DNA from: Nitrospirales bacterium
GTDB taxonomy: Bacteria > Nitrospirota > Nitrospiria > Nitrospirales > UBA8639
Length of the DNA stretch: 64,000 bases
Direction: 5' to 3'
Assembly (NCBI GenBank): GCA_965203295.1
Contig: CBDBCZ010000019.1
Location: 2,304,001 to 2,368,000 of the forward strand
Shown piece by piece: positions 62,265 to 64,000 of the stretch. The notes under the pieces were generated by a model that saw nothing but the letters and a program-made list of their open reading frames with translations, made no database searches and was not told the origin of the DNA. The position numbers were made by a program, and so were the translations under genes. Each line of letters opens with the position of its first letter. Position 1 is the first letter of the stretch.

Positions 62265-62746
62265 CTAAAACTCAACTTCCAATTTGGCTTGCGCGATATG
62301 TTCCCAGGGAATCTCAACAGAAAGAGTTTTTCCCCCTCATGCCTTCCAAGGAAATACCCTGATCATTCACCACAACTAATTGACCTATTGCAACCCAATT
62401 TCCTTCTATGGGCTCACTCAATTTGACCCTGATTGATCTTCCAATGAATCGTTGAAAATCCTCAGGTGTCTTAAGAGGGCGATCTAATCCCGGAGAAGAC
62501 ACCTCCAGTTTGTATGAATGGGGGATTAGGATCAGCGACATCAAGAGCACGACCCAAAGAATGGTGAAATGCTTCGCAATCAACGATTCCGACGCCTCCT
62601 GCCTTATCGATCGTGACCCGTACCATAATCCCATTTCCTCCACCCTGACAGGACACCTCGACCAAATCGAGGGAAAGAGCCTTGGCAATGGGACTGGCAA
62701 TAGCTTGAACCTGTGCCCCAAGATCCTTCCTTTCCACTGCGACCAT
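62265..62746 (-). pseudogene. rimP: Ribosome maturation factor RimP, two +1 frameshifts
   Basis: [27 protein letters not shown] and IAQAKLEVEF lie in three different frames; shifts at ~62526 and ~62329. Confidence 0.9.
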
Positions 62747-62781
62747 GATGGAATGATCTCCAACGTAGGATGGAATGAAGC

Positions 62782-62808
62782 AAAAAAAAGTGGGCCTAGG
62801 CCCACTTT
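62782..62808 (-). terminator. rimP-nusA leader hairpin (attenuator/terminator)
   Basis: Perfect palindrome AAAGTGGGCCTAGGCCCACTTT with U8 tail, of the GTGGG..CCCAC type commonly seen before rimP. Confidence 0.8.
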
Positions 62809-62946
62809 AATAGAATTTAAGCTACCACTTCCCTTGCCCGAACGCAAGAGGCTATACAGCGATCGTGCAATCGAATAAACCAAATTTAAGATAAGTCGGG
62901 TAAAGAAGGGCAGAAATTTGTGACAGTACAACATTATACTGCATTT

Positions 62947-63022
62947 TGGTGAGCCGCCTCGGGCTCGAACCGAGGGCCCTCGCCTTAAAAGGGCGATGCT
63001 CTACCGACTGAGCTAGCGGCTC
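62947..63022 (-). tRNA. tRNA-Lys(TTT)
   Basis: GAGCCGC acceptor, TCGCC-CTTTTAA-GGCGA anticodon arm, GGTTCGAG, CCA; 76 nt. Confidence 0.97.
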
Positions 63023-63033
63023 ACCGAGCGCCG

Positions 63034-63063
63034 ATGCTAGCAACGACCTTTCAACCTTGTCAA
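63034..63063 (-). promoter_or_regulatory. Sigma70-type promoter of tRNA-Lys
   Basis: TTGACA-N18-TAGCAT. Confidence 0.55.
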
Positions 63064-63082
63064 ACGAATAGGCGCAAAGACG

Positions 63083-64000
63083 CTACGCAGAACGAATGGC
63101 TTTGGTAAGCTTCATTTGAGGGCGAATTTGGGTTATGGGATTTTTCAGAATGATGATTTGCTCTCGACGAGAGCCGGTAGAAATCAAGTCAATAGGGCAC
63201 CCCGCCAATTCCTCAATGCGAGCGAGGTACTGTTTTGCTTCAGACGGAAGGGCTTTATACGTCGTCGCTTGGGACGTCGACACCTTCCAACCACGGCACG
63301 TCTCGTACACTGGTTGGCATTCCGACAGAATCGCCAAATCGGCAGGCATCTCTCGATGCAGTTTTCCCCCATGACGGTAACCAGTCGCAATTTTCAAGGA
63401 TGGACATCTGTCAAGGATGTCCAACTTCGTCACCGCTAAAGAAGAGAAGCCATTGACACGAACCGCGTAACGGAGCAGCACGGCATCAAGCCATCCACAT
63501 CGGCGTGGACGACCAGTTGTCGCCCCAAATTCTTGGCCTCGCTCTTGAAGGCCTACCCCAACCTCATTGGACAATTCAGTTGGGAATGGTCCACTTCCAA
63601 CTCGCGTGGTATAGGCTTTGGTGACACCAAGGACGGCATCAATTTTTGTCGGTCCCACTCCAGTTCCAAAACACGCTCCCCCAGCACATGAACTCGAAGA
63701 CGTCACGAATGGATACGTTCCGAGATCCACGTCTAAATGCGTCCCTTGCGCCCCCTCAAATAAAATATGTCGCCCTTGGTCGATTGCTTTATTGATGCAA
63801 AGAGAATCATCACCAACATACTGTCGAAGGCGTTTTGCATACTTCAAATACTCTTCACATATCTTATTGGCCAAAAACCCCTTGGCACCGTACACGTGCC
63901 GAAGAAAAGCATTGACCTCTACCAAATTATCTTCAACCTTCTGACGGAAAAGTTCAGGGGAGAGGAGATCACCCACTCGAATGCCGATTCGAGCCATCTT
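63083..64000 (-). CDS. purA: Adenylosuccinate synthetase, 3' part (5' end outside window)
   Basis: FEGAQG, GTYPFVTSS, KAYTTRVGSGPFPTE, GATTGRPRRCGWLD. Confidence 0.97.
   Translation of the reverse strand, partial: KMARIGIRVGDLLSPELFRQKVEDNLVEVNAFLRHVYGAKGFLANKICEEYLKYAKRLRQYVGDDSLCINKAIDQGRHILFEGAQGTHLDVDLGTYPFVTSSSSCAGGACFGTGVGPTKIDAVLGVTKAYTTRVGSGPFPTELSNEVGVGLQERGQEFGATTGRPRRCGWLDAVLLRYAVRVNGFSSLAVTKLDILDRCPSLKIATGYRHGGKLHREMPADLAILSECQPVYETCRGWKVSTSQATTYKALPSEAKQYLARIEELAGCPIDLISTGSRREQIIILKNPITQIRPQMKLTKAIRSA

Noticed and set aside
62314..62934. 206-aa ORF as intact RimP, or programmed frameshifting in rimP
   Set aside because: Only its central part is RimP; two separate +1 insertions without a clear recoding signal fit decay or error better
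1..64000. CRISPR array, prophage, integrase or autonomous transposase
   Set aside because: No regularly spaced repeats with unique spacers and no cas, phage, recombinase or transposase motifs in any ORF

Overview
Bacterial core-genome window of roughly 50% GC (estimated by eye). Gene order and protein style suggest Nitrospirota, probably a marine Nitrospirales-like lineage; this is inferred, not searched. Housekeeping blocks: murA(partial)-prmC-prfA-rpmE-rho; two tatA-family genes; a lipid A modification cluster; ftsY-ybeY-phoH-mutM; alaC-like/hom/thrC/apgM-like/lysC/cimA/ihfA/merR/tRNA-Pro; pdxJ-nnr-tsaE-mutS; and purA(partial)/tRNA-Lys/rimP/nusA/infB/DUF503/rbfA/truB/rpsO/pnp/M16. I found no CRISPR array, prophage, integrase or transposase. 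Five things stand out. (1) About seven dispensable genes, including rimP and cstA, are broken by nonsense codons, indels or a short tandem duplication while essential genes are intact, as expected in early genome erosion. (2) Several palindromic intergenic repeat families are present, including a nested CTAG-flanked MITE-like element with apparent base-pair covariation between its two copies. (3) Two full-length predicted pseudo-enzymes: a caspase-fold lipoprotein lacking both His and Cys, and an ApgM/homoserine-kinase-like protein lacking its Ser and metal ligands. (4) An AlgE-type porin with a sigma54/IHF promoter. (5) A separately promoted pair of unknown, distantly paralogous secreted proteins. 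None of these is a proven new system; items 2, 3 and 5 are the best leads.
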